A stretch of DNA of 64,000 nt, from assembly GCA_963834905.1 (NCBI GenBank), contig CAWIDR010000023.1:15356-79355 (forward strand), given 5' to 3'. Within the stretch, counting starts at the first letter, position 1; every line of letters starts with the position of its first letter. Shown here one piece after another: positions 44,380 through 64,000 of the stretch. A model generated the notes under the pieces. The model saw only the letters and a list, made by a program, of their open reading frames with translations. It was not told the DNA's origin and made no database searches. The position numbers and the translations under genes were made by a program. Source of the stretch: an uncultured Thermoleophilia bacterium (GTDB taxonomy: Bacteria > Actinomycetota > Thermoleophilia > UBA2241).

Positions 44380-44565
44380 TCACCAGCTCGACTTGGTCAG
44401 ACCGGGGATGACGCCCTGGTGCGCGACTTCGCGCAGGCAGATGCGGCAGAGCCCGAACTTGCGGTAGTAGGCGCGCGGGCGGCCGCAGCGCTGACAGCGG
44501 TTGTACTGCCGCGTCTTGTAGCGCTGCTTGCGTCCGGCTTTCACCACGAGGGATGTCTTGGCCAT
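44380..44565 (-). CDS. rpsZ: 30S ribosomal protein S14 type Z (zinc-binding, 61 aa)
   Basis: [20 protein letters not shown] gives the CxxC...CxxC motif. Confidence 0.9.
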   Translation of the reverse strand: MAKTSLVVKAGRKQRYKTRQYNRCQRCGRPRAYYRKFGLCRICLREVAHQGVIPGLTKSSW

Positions 44566-44578
44566 GCTTCAGATGCTC

Positions 44579-45121
44579 CTAGTTGGAACGGAACGGCATG
44601 CCCAGCTTGGCCAGCAAGGCGCGCCCTTCCTCGTCCGTCTTGGCGGTCGTCGTGATAACGACGTTGAGACCGTGGAACGTCTCCACCGAGTCGTAGTCGA
44701 TCTCGGGGAAGATGGTCTGCTCGCGCACGCCCATGGCGAAGTTGCCACGCCCGTCGAACTGACCGGGATCGATGCCGCGGAAGTCGCGGATGCGTGGCAG
44801 GGCGATCGACACGAGCCGATCGATCATCTCGTACATGCGCTCACCGCGAAGCGTGACGCGGCAGCCGATGGACATGCCCTCGCGCAGCTTGAACCCGGCG
44901 ATCGACTTGCGCGCCTTGGTGATCGCCGGCCGCTGGCCGGTGATCAGGGCGAGCTCCTCGACGGCGTCGTCCAGCAGCTTCGCGTTCGTCTTCGCCTCGC
45001 CCACGCCCATGTTGAGCGTGACCTTGGTGACGCGCGGGACTTCCATCACGTTGCGGTAGCCGAACTCGTCTTTGAGCGCGGGCACGATCTCGCTGAAGTA
45101 TTTGTCCTTGAGCCTGGCCAT
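44579..45121 (-). CDS. rplE: 50S ribosomal protein L5
   Basis: [43 protein letters not shown]. Confidence 0.9.
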   Translation of the reverse strand: MARLKDKYFSEIVPALKDEFGYRNVMEVPRVTKVTLNMGVGEAKTNAKLLDDAVEELALITGQRPAITKARKSIAGFKLREGMSIGCRVTLRGERMYEMIDRLVSIALPRIRDFRGIDPGQFDGRGNFAMGVREQTIFPEIDYDSVETFHGLNVVITTTAKTDEEGRALLAKLGMPFRSN

Positions 45122-45125
45122 CGTC

Positions 45126-45464
45126 TTACGCCTTGTCGATGTCTTTGCCGCACGAAGAGCGGCGGCATGTGCGGACCTTGCCGCCGTCCGCGGTCAGCCG
45201 GTACCCGACACGGGTGGGCTGGCCACAACTGGGGCAGACGAGCATCACGTTGGACGCGTCGACCGGCGCTTCGCGCTCGATCACACCGCCCTGCGGGTTG
45301 GTCTTCGGGTTCGGCTTGGTGTGCTTCTTCATGATGTTCAGCCGCTCGAGGACGACCCGGCGCTTCTCGGTGTCTACGCGCATCACCTTGGCGGTCTTGC
45401 CCGCCTCTTTGCCGCTGATGACACGCACCTGGTCACCCTTCTTGATCTTCATGTTGGACATCAC
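45126..45464 (-). CDS. rplX: 50S ribosomal protein L24 (start either at 45464 overlapping the rplN stop, or at MKIKKGD 45452)
   Basis: [19 protein letters not shown]...[27 protein letters not shown]. Confidence 0.85.
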   Translation of the reverse strand: MMSNMKIKKGDQVRVISGKEAGKTAKVMRVDTEKRRVVLERLNIMKKHTKPNPKTNPQGGVIEREAPVDASNVMLVCPSCGQPTRVGYRLTADGGKVRTCRRSSCGKDIDKA

Positions 45465-45829
45465 AGCACCTCAGGCGCGAGCGACACGATCTTCATGAAA
45501 TTCTTCTCGCGCAACTCGCGGGCGACGGGACCGAAGATGCGGGTCCCTCGCGGATTGTTCTGGTTGTCGATGAGCACGGCGGCGTTCTCGTCGAACGCGA
45601 TGTACGTGCCGTCCTTGCGACCGTACTCCTTCTTGGTGCGCACGATGACCGCGCGCACGACGTCACCCTTCTTCACGCTGCCGCCGGGCGTGGCGACCTT
45701 CACGGTACCGACGATGATGTCGCCGACCGTGCCATAGCGCCGCTTGGAGCCGCCGCGGATCCGGATACAGAGGATCTCGCGCGCGCCCGTGTTGTCGGCG
45801 ACTCGTAGTCTGGTCTCAACCTGGATCAT
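45461..45829 (-). CDS. rplN: 50S ribosomal protein L14
   Basis: [39 protein letters not shown]. Confidence 0.9.
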   Translation of the reverse strand: MIQVETRLRVADNTGAREILCIRIRGGSKRRYGTVGDIIVGTVKVATPGGSVKKGDVVRAVIVRTKKEYGRKDGTYIAFDENAAVLIDNQNNPRGTRIFGPVARELREKNFMKIVSLAPEVL

Positions 45830-45850
45830 TTGCTTCCTCTGCCGGCGTTC

Positions 45851-46306
45851 TTACTTGGCTTTCTCGAGGACCTCGAGGAGGCGCCACCGCTTGGTCGCGC
45901 TCAGCGGACGCGTCTCGACGACCCGCACGAGGTCGCCGACACCTGCTGTGTTCTGCTCGTCGTGGGCGTGCAGCTTGCTCGAGCGGCGCACGACCTTGCC
46001 GTACCGCTCGTGCTTCTGCGCCACGTCGATGCGCACCACGATGGTCTTGTCCATGGAGTCACTGACCACGACCCCACGGCGCTCCTTGCGGCCCGGCACC
46101 TTCTCGGGCGCCTTGCGCTCGGCCTTCGCCTTGCTGCGGGCGGCCGAGAGCTTCTTGGCCGGCTTGACCTCAGGAGTGGCGACCTTCTTGGCGGCCGCCT
46201 TCTTGGGAGCGGCCTTCTTCGCCGCCGCCTTCTTCGCCGCGGGCTTGCGCGCCGCGGACTGCTTGGGAGCGGGCTTGCCGCTGTCTGTCTTCTTCGTCGT
46301 CGCCAT
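45851..46306 (-). CDS. rpsQ: 30S ribosomal protein S17 with an about 65-aa Ala/Lys/Pro-rich N-terminal extension
   Basis: Core: [45 protein letters not shown]...[19 protein letters not shown]. Upstream in frame is [41 protein letters not shown]. The ATG overlaps the rpmC stop. Confidence 0.8.
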   Translation of the reverse strand: MATTKKTDSGKPAPKQSAARKPAAKKAAAKKAAPKKAAAKKVATPEVKPAKKLSAARSKAKAERKAPEKVPGRKERRGVVVSDSMDKTIVVRIDVAQKHERYGKVVRRSSKLHAHDEQNTAGVGDLVRVVETRPLSATKRWRLLEVLEKAK

Positions 46307-46521
46307 CAGGCTTCACCACCGGTCGCCGTGCGCTCGTGCTCCCGCTCGGCCTGCAGAGTAAGCAGGCGGGCGATCTCACGGCGCGTCGCGTTCAACTTTT
46401 GCGGGTTGTCGAGCTGCCCGGTGGCGTGCTGGAAGCGCAGGTTGAAGAGCTCCTTGCGCGTGTCCTTGAGGCGCACGGTGAGCTCGTCCTCGGAGAGCTC
46501 GCGAAGCTTGTTAGCCTTCAA
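46306..46521 (-). CDS. rpmC: 50S ribosomal protein L29
   Basis: [50 protein letters not shown]. Confidence 0.9.
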   Translation of the reverse strand: MKANKLRELSEDELTVRLKDTRKELFNLRFQHATGQLDNPQKLNATRREIARLLTLQAEREHERTATGGEA

Positions 46522-46936
46522 ATGGACTGCCCTCCCTCGTCACGAACTTGCACTTGATGGGCAGCTTGTGGGCCGCCAGGCGCATAGCCTCGCGGGCCAC
46601 GGGTTCACTCACGCCGGCCAGTTCGAACATGACCCTGCCGGGCTTGACAACGGCCACCCATCCCTCAGGCGAACCCTTGCCGCCGCCCATGCGGGTCTCT
46701 GCGGCCTTGCGCGTCACCGGCTTGTGCGGGAACACGTTGATCCACACCTTGCCACCACGCTTGATGTGACGCGTCATGGCGATACGGGCGGCCTCGATCT
46801 GGCGGTTGGTGATCCAGCCGCGTTCCATCGCCTTCAGGCCGAACTGGCCGAACTCGACGGTGGTGCCGCCTCGGGCGGTACCGGCCATACGGCCGCGGTG
46901 TTGTTTCCTATGCTTGACTCTCTTCGGCAGGAGCAT
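46511..46936 (-). CDS. rplP: 50S ribosomal protein L16
   Basis: [36 protein letters not shown]. Confidence 0.9.
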   Translation of the reverse strand: MLLPKRVKHRKQHRGRMAGTARGGTTVEFGQFGLKAMERGWITNRQIEAARIAMTRHIKRGGKVWINVFPHKPVTRKAAETRMGGGKGSPEGWVAVVKPGRVMFELAGVSEPVAREAMRLAAHKLPIKCKFVTREGSPFEG

Positions 46937-46954
46937 CGTCTACGTCCTCTCCCG

Positions 46955-47956
46955 TCAGCTCTGCTCTGTCTTGGGCGCGTCGGGCTTGGTCTCAGGCTTC
47001 TTGGGCGCGTCGGCCGGCTTGGCCGAGCGGTTCGGAGCCTGACGACCCATGGGGGCCTTGGGGCCCACGGAAGGCCGCTGGCCGCCGGGACCGCGATTCT
47101 GGCCACCAGAGCCGCGACCGGGACCGCCGGGACCGCGTCCCGGACCACCGGGACCGCGACCGGGACCGCCGGGACCGCGACCCGGACCACCAGGACCGCG
47201 ACCGGGACCGCCGGGACCGCGACCGCCTGGGGCGCCGTCACGGCGCGGACGCCGATCGCGGCCTCCGCGGTCGTCACGGCGCTGCTCGTCGCGCTCCATG
47301 CGCGCCTTGGCCTCGTCCATCGGATACCCCTCGGGCAGGATCTCGCCCTTGTTGATCCAGACCTTCACGCCGATGCGGCCGAAGGTGGTACGGGCCTCAC
47401 GGAAGCCATAGTCGATGTCCGCGCGCAGGGTGTGCAGCGGGACGCGACCTTCGCTGTAGTGCTCGTTGCGGGCCATCTCGGCGCCGCCCAGACGGCCGCC
47501 GCAGCGCACACGCATACCGGCGGCGCCGGAACGCATGGCGCTCGTGAGGGCACGCTTCATGGCGCGGCGGAAGCTGACGCGGTTCTCGAGCTGCTCCGCG
47601 ATGGACTGCGCCACCAGCACAGCGTCGAGCTCCGGACGCTTGACCTCGATGATGTTGACCTGCACGTTCTTCTTGGTCATGCCGTGGATCTCTTTGCGCA
47701 GGGCGTCGACCTCAGAACCGCTCTTGCCGATCACGATGCCGGGGCGGGCGGTGTGGATGTCGATGGTGATGTTGTTCTGGTCCTTGCGGATGATGATTCG
47801 CGACAGACCGGCATGGGAGAGCTTGCCCAGGATGTGCAGGCGGATGCGCTCGTCCTCGGCCAGGAACTGCTTGAACTCTTTCTCCGTATACCAGTGAGAC
47901 TTCCAGTCGTGAATGACGCCGACGCGGAAGCCGCCGGGATGGACTTTCTGGCCCAT
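46955..47956 (-). CDS. rpsC: 30S ribosomal protein S3 with an about 100-aa low-complexity C-terminal extension (GPGGPGR x6)
   Basis: Core: [23 protein letters not shown]...KH domain...[31 protein letters not shown]. Tail: [21 protein letters not shown]... Confidence 0.85.
   Translation of the reverse strand: MGQKVHPGGFRVGVIHDWKSHWYTEKEFKQFLAEDERIRLHILGKLSHAGLSRIIIRKDQNNITIDIHTARPGIVIGKSGSEVDALRKEIHGMTKKNVQVNIIEVKRPELDAVLVAQSIAEQLENRVSFRRAMKRALTSAMRSGAAGMRVRCGGRLGGAEMARNEHYSEGRVPLHTLRADIDYGFREARTTFGRIGVKVWINKGEILPEGYPMDEAKARMERDEQRRDDRGGRDRRPRRDGAPGGRGPGGPGRGPGGPGRGPGGPGRGPGGPGRGPGGPGRGSGGQNRGPGGQRPSVGPKAPMGRQAPNRSAKPADAPKKPETKPDAPKTEQS
47095..47230. repeat. About 6 tandem copies of a 21-bp unit (encoding the GPGGPGR heptad) inside rpsC
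   Basis: Seen as gaccgggaccgccgggaccgc-type periodicity on the + strand. Confidence 0.75.
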
Positions 47957-48300
47957 TAGGAACGGCCCTCCCTTTGCTCGACCGCGATGGTGATGTGGCT
48001 GCTGCGCTTACGGATGCGGTTCACGCGGCCCATGGCCCGGAACTTCCACCGCTTGAGGGTCGGACCCTCATCTACGCGCGCCACTTTGACGTAGAGATCG
48101 TCGGCCGAAAGGGCGTTGTTGTGCTCGGCGTTGGCCACCGCGGAGTTGAGGACCGCGGCGACGACACGGGCTGAGTTGCGGTTGGCGAAGAAGAGCGTGC
48201 TGCGGGCCTCGGCCACGGACTTGCCACGGATGAGGTCGGCCGCCTCGCGCGCCTTGCGCGGGGCCACGCGAACGTATTTCGCCTGTGCTTGTACTGCCAT
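47956..48300 (-). CDS. rplV: 50S ribosomal protein L22
   Basis: [32 protein letters not shown]. Confidence 0.9.
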   Translation of the reverse strand: MAVQAQAKYVRVAPRKAREAADLIRGKSVAEARSTLFFANRNSARVVAAVLNSAVANAEHNNALSADDLYVKVARVDEGPTLKRWKFRAMGRVNRIRKRSSHITIAVEQREGRS

Positions 48301-48306
48301 GCCTCT

Positions 48307-48585
48307 TTACCTTCTCGCCGAGCGGTCGCCCTTGATGTGACCGCGGAACGTACGGGTGAGCGCGAACTCACCCAGTTTGTGACCGACCATGGACTCGCTG
48401 ATGAAGATGGGCACGTGCTTGCGCCCGTCGTGCACAGCGATCGTGTGACCGACCATGTCGGGGAAGACCGTCGAGGCCCGCGACCAGGTCTTGATCATCT
48501 TCTTCTGGCCGGCGGCGTTCATCTGCTCGATGCGCTTCAAGAGGCGCTCGTCGACGAACGGACCTTTCTTTGCTGACCTGCTCAA
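48307..48585 (-). CDS. rpsS: 30S ribosomal protein S19
   Basis: [61 protein letters not shown]. Confidence 0.9.
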   Translation of the reverse strand: MSRSAKKGPFVDERLLKRIEQMNAAGQKKMIKTWSRASTVFPDMVGHTIAVHDGRKHVPIFISESMVGHKLGEFALTRTFRGHIKGDRSARR

Positions 48586-48600
48586 AAGGTGCCTCCTGCC

Positions 48601-49439
<839 letters not shown>

Positions 49440-49440
<1 letters not shown>

Positions 49441-49733
49441 TACCTGCCCTCGAAGAATTCGATCTTGTCGCCGGGCGCGAGCTGCACGACGGCCTTCTTC
49501 CATGCCGAGGTGCGCCCCTTGGAGATCCCGCGGCGCTTCGGCTTCGGACGGACGTTCGCGGTGCTGACGCCGACGACCGTCACGTCGAACAACTGGTGGA
49601 TCGCCTGGGCGATCATGGTCTTGTGCGCGTCGGGATGCACCTCGAAGGTGTACCGGCTGTGGTCGATCTGCGCGTAGCTCTTCTCGCTGATGATCGGCCT
49701 GATGATGATCTTCTCTGCTTCAACCATGGTCAC
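49440..49733 (-). CDS. rplW: 50S ribosomal protein L23
   Basis: [36 protein letters not shown]. Confidence 0.9.
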
Positions 49734-50802
49734 GCCTCGTTCAGGGCGGCGAACGCCTTCTCGGTGAGGACCAGCGAGCGTGCGCGCAGCACCTGCTCGG
49801 TGGACAGAGCAGCCACCTCCGTCGCCTCGGCGTACGGGAGGTTGCGGACTGACTTCATGACGACGGGCTCGTCGTGCGTGACGATGAGGACCGGCGCAGC
49901 GCAGTCGAGGTTCACGAGGAACTGCTCGACGGTGCGGGTGCTCGGCTCCGCAAGCTCGAGGCCGGCGGCCACGAACACGCGGCCGTGGGCGGCCCGCTCG
50001 CTCAGCGCCATGGAGAGCGCCTTGCGGATGACCTTCTTGTTGATCTTGATGGCGAAGCTGCGCGGATGCGGGCCGAAGACGACGCCGCCGCCGGTGCGGA
50101 TCGGCGACTTGACGCTGCCGGCCCGGGCGCGGCCCGTCCCCTTCTGGCGATACAGCTTGGCGGTCGAGCCGCTGACCATGCCACGCGTCTTGGTCGACGC
50201 GGTGCCGGAGCGGCGCGCGGCCTGCTCGGCACGCACGACCAGGTGCAGCGTGTTGACGTCGGCGGGCACCGCGAAGCGGGCGTCGGCCAGCTTGCGCGTC
50301 TCTACTTCCTTGCCTGAGGCGTCGACCACGGTGGCCACGCCGGAGGCGCCCTTGCGGACCTCCGCGGCGACCTTGGCTGCGGTCGCCGGCTTCGGCGGAC
50401 GCTCGGCCCTGGGAGCCGGAGCCTCCGCCTTTTCGGCGGCCGGCTTGGCGGCCTTCTTGGCGGCGGGCTTCTTGGCGGCCTTCGGCTCGGCCTTGTCGGC
50501 CTTGGCCGGAGCGGCCTTCTTGGCGGCCGGCTTCTTGGCGGCCGGCTTGGCGGCCTTCTCGTCCGTCGCCTTGGCGTCGGCCTTGGCGGCCGGCTTCTTG
50601 GCGGCCGGCTTGGCGGCCTTCTCGTCCGTCGCCTTGGCGTCGGCCTTGGCGGCCGGCTTCTTGGCGGCGGGCTTCTTGGCGGCCGGCTTCTTCTCGGTCG
50701 CTGCAGCCTCGGTCTGCTCGGCCGCCGCGGCCTCGGTCTTCTCGGGCTCGCGGCCTCGGCGGCCTCGGCGTCAGGAGTCTTCTTGATCTCGTCGGCGCTC
50801 AC
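49730..50802 (-). CDS. rplD: 50S ribosomal protein L4 with an about 150-aa Ala/Lys/Pro/Glu-rich N-terminal extension, 1 frameshift near 50745
   Basis: Core from GVATVVDASGKEVETRKLAD...GTGRARAGSVKSPIRTGGGVVFGP. Upstream, in frame, is ...TEKKPAAKKPAAKKPAAKADAKATDEKAAKPAAKK..., reaching a GTG 2 nt after the rplC stop. Confidence 0.75.
50525..50690. repeat. Two perfect tandem 63-bp copies plus a partial copy, inside the L4 N-terminal extension
   Basis: ggccggcttcttggcggccggcttggcggccttctcgtccgtcgccttggcgtcggccttggc occurs twice consecutively. Confidence 0.8.
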
Positions 50803-50804
50803 GG

Positions 50805-51419
50805 CTACCTACCCTTTATGACGACGACGGAGTTCTTGGCGCCCGGCACGGAGCCCTTGATGAGCAGGAGGTTGTTCTCCACGTCCCTGCGGACGATCTT
50901 GAGACCCTGCTGCGTCACGCGCTCGGCGCCCATGTGGCCGCTCATGCGCATGCCCTTGAACACTCGCGCGGGGTACGCGCTCGCGCCGATCGACCCCGGA
51001 GCCCTCACGTTGTGCGAACCGTGGGTCTCGGGACCGCGGGCGAAGTTGTGCCGCTTGACGGTGCCCTGGAACCCCTTGCCCTTGCTCACGCCGGTCGCGG
51101 TGACGGACTGGCCGTCCTCGAACGCCTCGACCGTGACGGTGTCGCCGACCTTGAGGTCGCCGGCGTTGTCGAACTCGACGAGGTGCCGCAGGCCGTGCTT
51201 GATGCCCGCCTTCTTGAGGTGGCCGAGCTCAGGCTTGCTGATGTGCTTGTCCTTGCACTCCTCGAACCCGAGCTGCACGGCCTCGTAGCCGTCGTTGTCG
51301 AGAGTGCGTACCTGTGTGACGGGACACGGGCCAGCCTGCACGACGGTCACGGCGATCACATTGCCGTCGTCGTCGAACAGCTGGGTCATGCCCATCTTTT
51401 TGCCGATGATGCCAGTCAT
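50805..51419 (-). CDS. rplC: 50S ribosomal protein L3
   Basis: MTGIIGKKMGMTQLFDDDGNVIAVTVVQAGPCPVTQVRT. Confidence 0.9.
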   Translation of the reverse strand: MTGIIGKKMGMTQLFDDDGNVIAVTVVQAGPCPVTQVRTLDNDGYEAVQLGFEECKDKHISKPELGHLKKAGIKHGLRHLVEFDNAGDLKVGDTVTVEAFEDGQSVTATGVSKGKGFQGTVKRHNFARGPETHGSHNVRAPGSIGASAYPARVFKGMRMSGHMGAERVTQQGLKIVRRDVENNLLLIKGSVPGAKNSVVVIKGR

Positions 51420-51423
51420 TGCT

Positions 51424-51732
51424 CTACAGCTTGATCTCGATATGGACACCGGCCGGCAGATCGAGACGCATCAGCTGGTCGACGGTCTTGGGCGTCGGCT
51501 GATGGATGTCGATGAGCCTCTTGTGCGTGCGGATCTCGAAGTGCTCGCGTGAGTCCTTGTCCTTGAACGGGCTCTTGATCACGCAATACACGTTCTTCTC
51601 CGTGGGGAGCGGCACGGGGCCGGAGATGGTCGCGCCACTGCGCTGCGCGGTTTCCACAATGGACTGCGCGCTACGCTCGATCAGCTCGTGATCGTAAGAC
51701 TTCAACCTTATGCGGATCTTCTGCTGTGCCAC
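51424..51732 (-). CDS. rpsJ: 30S ribosomal protein S10 (GTG start)
   Basis: [76 protein letters not shown]. Confidence 0.9.
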   Translation of the reverse strand: MAQQKIRIRLKSYDHELIERSAQSIVETAQRSGATISGPVPLPTEKNVYCVIKSPFKDKDSREHFEIRTHKRLIDIHQPTPKTVDQLMRLDLPAGVHIEIKL

Positions 51733-51766
51733 TCTCGCCTTCTCTGTGTCCTGTTCACGCGGCCGG

Positions 51767-51817
51767 GCGTGTCGCGCACGCGAGCGTGCTGAACGCACGC
51801 CCGGCCCGATCTGGTCC
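51767..51817 (-). terminator. GC hairpin in the tuf-rpsJ spacer (terminator/attenuator candidate)
   Basis: Inverted repeat GGCCGGGCGTG...CACGCCCGGCC. No U-tract. Confidence 0.3.
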
Positions 51818-51823
51818 TTCGTC

Positions 51824-53029
51824 CTACTCGATGATCTTGGTGATGGCGCCGGCGCCCACGGTGCGGCCGCCCTCGCGGATGGCGAACCGGAGGCCTTCGT
51901 CCATGGCGATCGGGGTGATGAGCTTGACTTCCATCACCGTGTTGTCGCCCGGCATGACCATCTCGACGCCCTCTTCGAGGGTGATGACGCCGGTCACGTC
52001 GGTCGTGCGGAAGTAGAACTGCGGGCGATAGCCGTTGAAGAACGGCGTATGGCGTCCGCCTTCGTCCTTGGAGAGCACGTAGACCTGGGTGAGGAAGTGC
52101 GTGTGCCCGGTGATGCTGCCCGGCTTGGAGCAGACCATGCCGCGCTCGACCTCTTCGCGCTTGACGCCGCGGAGGAGCAGGCCGATGTTGTCGCCGGCGC
52201 GACCCTCGTCGAGCAGCTTGCGGAACATCTCGACGCCGGTCACGGTGGTCTTCATCGGCTTGTCGCGCATGCCGACGATCTCGACTTCCTCGCCGACCTT
52301 GACGATGCCGCGCTCGACGCGGCCGGTGGCGACGGTGCCGCGGCCGGTGATCGTGAACACGTCTTCGACCGGCATGAGGAACGGCTTGTCGATGTCGCGC
52401 TCGGGCTCCGGCAGGTACTCGTCCAGGGCCTTGGTGAGCTCGACGATGCTGCCGCACCACTCGCAGTCGTCCTTGCCGCAGCCGCACTCGAGCGCCTTGA
52501 GCGCCGAACCCTTGATGACGGGCAGGTCGTCGCCCGGGAACTCGTACTCGCTGAGCAGCTCGCGGACTTCCATCTCGACCAGCTCGATGAGCTCGGGGTC
52601 GTCGACGAGGTCCGTCTTGTTCATGTACACGATGATGTTCGGCACGTTGACCTGGTGCGCAAGGAGGATGTGCTCGCGCGTCTGCGGCATGGGGCCGTCG
52701 TCGGCGCCCACCACGAGGATCGCGGCGTCCATCTGCGCGGCGCCGGTGATCATGTTCTTGATGTAGTCGGCATGGCCCGGGCAGTCGACGTGGGCGTAGT
52801 GACGCTTCTCCGTCTCGTACTCGACGTGCGCGGTGGCGATGGTGATGCCGCGCTCGCGCTCTTCCGGCGCCTTGTCGATCATGTCGAACGCGGTGAACTC
52901 GGTGTTACCACCACGGTTGTGCAGCACGAGCGTGATCGCAGCGGTGAGGGTGGTCTTGCCATGGTCGACGTGACCGATGGTGCCCACATTCATGTGCGGC
53001 TTGCTGCGGTCAAACTTCTGCTTGGCCAT
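51824..53029 (-). CDS. tuf: Elongation factor Tu
   Basis: [33 protein letters not shown]...DCPGHADY...NKTD. Confidence 0.95.
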   Translation of the reverse strand: MAKQKFDRSKPHMNVGTIGHVDHGKTTLTAAITLVLHNRGGNTEFTAFDMIDKAPEERERGITIATAHVEYETEKRHYAHVDCPGHADYIKNMITGAAQMDAAILVVGADDGPMPQTREHILLAHQVNVPNIIVYMNKTDLVDDPELIELVEMEVRELLSEYEFPGDDLPVIKGSALKALECGCGKDDCEWCGSIVELTKALDEYLPEPERDIDKPFLMPVEDVFTITGRGTVATGRVERGIVKVGEEVEIVGMRDKPMKTTVTGVEMFRKLLDEGRAGDNIGLLLRGVKREEVERGMVCSKPGSITGHTHFLTQVYVLSKDEGGRHTPFFNGYRPQFYFRTTDVTGVITLEEGVEMVMPGDNTVMEVKLITPIAMDEGLRFAIREGGRTVGAGAITKIIE

Positions 53030-53110
53030 GTCTGCTACTCCTTTTCCCGAAACCCGGAGGTTGAGGTCACACAAAAATCGGCGCGGCGGCCTGCCGCACC
53101 AAAGGTCGGC

Positions 53111-53141
53111 AGTATACATGAAGCCGGCCTGCTTGAGCAAA
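53111..53141 (-). promoter_or_regulatory. Sigma70-like promoter candidate for tuf (TTGCTC-N18-TATACT) in the 134-nt fusA-tuf spacer
   Basis: Minus-sense reads TTGCTCAAGCAGGCCGGCTTCATGTATACT. RBS AAGGAG is 9 nt before the tuf ATG. Confidence 0.35.
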
Positions 53142-53162
53142 CAGCGTAGCGTTCGCCGAAGG

Positions 53163-55238
<2,076 letters not shown>

Positions 55239-55307
55239 ACTGCTTATCGTGTTCCTTCCATGCGAAAGCCCCTCACCGACGAAGGTCAGTGAGGGGCCCT
55301 CGGCGGA

Positions 55308-55778
55308 TTACCAGCGATAGTGCGCGAAGGCCTTGTTGGCCTGCGCCATACGGAAGATGTCGTCCTTCTTCTTGAACGCGCCACCCTGACCGGCCAGAGC
55401 GTCGAGCATCTCGGCGGCCAGGCGCTCGGCCATGACCTTCTCGCGGCGGTCGCGGGCGAAGCCGACCAGCCAGCGGATGGCGAGCGTGCGGGCGCGACGG
55501 CCGGGCACCTCGACGGGCACCTGGTAGGTGGCGCCGCCGACGCGCCGGCTGCGGACCTCGAGGTGCGGCGTGAGCGCCTGGATGGCGTCCTGCAGCACCT
55601 CGACCGGGTCGCGGCCGGTCTTTTCGCGCACGATCTCGAGCGCGCCGTAGACGATCTGCTCGGCCGTGCTCTTCTTGCCGTCCAGCAGGACCTTGTTGAT
55701 GACCTGCGTGACGAGTTTGCTGTTGTACACGGGATCCGGGAGGACTTCCCGGCGCGTGACGGTGCCTCTGCGCGGCAT
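55308..55778 (-). CDS. rpsG: 30S ribosomal protein S7
   Basis: [44 protein letters not shown]. Confidence 0.9.
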   Translation of the reverse strand: MPRRGTVTRREVLPDPVYNSKLVTQVINKVLLDGKKSTAEQIVYGALEIVREKTGRDPVEVLQDAIQALTPHLEVRSRRVGGATYQVPVEVPGRRARTLAIRWLVGFARDRREKVMAERLAAEMLDALAGQGGAFKKKDDIFRMAQANKAFAHYRW

Positions 55779-55786
55779 GCTCTACC

Positions 55787-56158
55787 TCACCCCTTCGCCT
55801 TGGATCCGTAGCGCGAACGCGCCTTCTTGCGGTCGGCTACGCCCGAGGCGTCGAGAGAGCCGCGGATGACCTTGTAACGCACGCCCGGCAGGTCCTTGAC
55901 ACGGCCGCCACGCACGAGCACCACAGAGTGCTCCTGCAGGTTGTGGCCGATGCCGGGGATGTAGGTCGTGACCTCCATGCCATTGACCAGCCGCACACGG
56001 GCGACCTTGCGCAGGGCGGAGTTCGGCTTCTTGGGGGTCACCGTGTAGACGCGCGTGCAAACGCCGCGCTTCTGGGGCGAACCCTTGAGCGCCGGGGTCT
56101 TCGAACGCTTGGTCTTGCTCTCACGCCCCTTGCGGACGAGCTGGCTGATGGTTGTCAT
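55787..56158 (-). CDS. rpsL: 30S ribosomal protein S12
   Basis: [57 protein letters not shown]. Confidence 0.9.
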   Translation of the reverse strand: MTTISQLVRKGRESKTKRSKTPALKGSPQKRGVCTRVYTVTPKKPNSALRKVARVRLVNGMEVTTYIPGIGHNLQEHSVVLVRGGRVKDLPGVRYKVIRGSLDASGVADRKKARSRYGSKAKG

Positions 56159-56214
56159 CTGACCTCTCTGGTCTTTCTCATGTAAGCCGCTGTGGACAAC
56201 GGCCATGTAGTGTA

Positions 56215-56265
56215 GCGAAACGGGGCTGCGGCCGCAACATCTGCGGGTCGGCGGCCGCAGCCCCG
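56215..56265 (-). terminator. Strong hairpin terminator candidate between rpoC and rpsL
   Basis: Minus-sense CGGGGCTGCGGCCGC-N15-GCGGCCGCAGCCCCG is a 15-bp perfect stem, followed by UUUCGC. Confidence 0.55.
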
Positions 56266-56290
56266 TGCGTGATTCAGGCTCGATCCGGGG

Positions 56291-60547
<4,257 letters not shown>

Positions 60548-60625
60548 TATGCGCTCCCTCTGCCTAGGCGGGGTCAGTCTTCGTCGGTGTCGGCGTCGTC
60601 GGACTCGAGGTCCGCGGCGTCGAGG

Positions 60626-64000
<3,375 letters not shown>

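Overview
The window is 64 kb of high-GC (about 68-70%) bacterial chromosome in two parts. Roughly 32.2-64.0 kb is one minus-strand block of translation and transcription genes: rpoB (runs off the 3' end), rpoC, rpsL, rpsG, fusA, tuf, the S10, spc and alpha r-protein operons, secY, adk, map, infA, rpmJ, rpoA and rplQ, followed by ecfA1, ecfA2, ecfT and truA. Roughly 1-32 kb is accessory/metabolic. It holds degraded LacI and KdgK-like genes, two tandem tungsten aldehyde:ferredoxin oxidoreductase (AOR) paralogs, an Old Yellow Enzyme (OYE) reductase and an FAD oxidoreductase. Next comes a guanidino/polyamine catabolic module (Lrp regulator, class-III aminotransferase, ureohydrolase, flavin reductase) and an HTH-GAF-HD-GYP-GGDEF c-di-GMP protein. 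The most notable feature is a Rex-associated minus-strand operon at 16.0-25.5 kb. It encodes a trimeric NuoE/NuoF-type [FeFe]-hydrogenase (HydCBA) together with a sensory [FeFe]-hydrogenase-like domain fused directly to a histidine kinase, two single-domain receivers and a receiver-PAS hybrid kinase. Further along are a homocysteine S-methyltransferase, rsmI, two GNAT acetyltransferases, an orphan beta-class DNA amino-methyltransferase, a small 2x[4Fe-4S] ferredoxin, a ROK kinase and an LCP-family protein. Two things look like data problems rather than biology. First, there are several grossly anomalous composition blocks that overwrite coding sequence in place: a 921-nt poly(A), a C-depleted block, a T-depleted block, a T-rich block and a T22 run. 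Second, apparent single-base frameshifts occur about every 1-2 kb, even in essential genes (rpoB, secY, rplD, hydB), which points to error-prone assembly, so gene coordinates are given as full loci. Three r-proteins (L4, S17, S3) carry low-complexity Ala/Lys/Pro- or Gly/Pro/Arg-rich extensions. No rRNA, tRNA or CRISPR was found. The gene content (tungsten AORs, [FeFe] hydrogenase, Rex, LCP, ROK, type-Z S14) suggests an anaerobic high-GC Gram-positive-like organism, but that is low-confidence inference.
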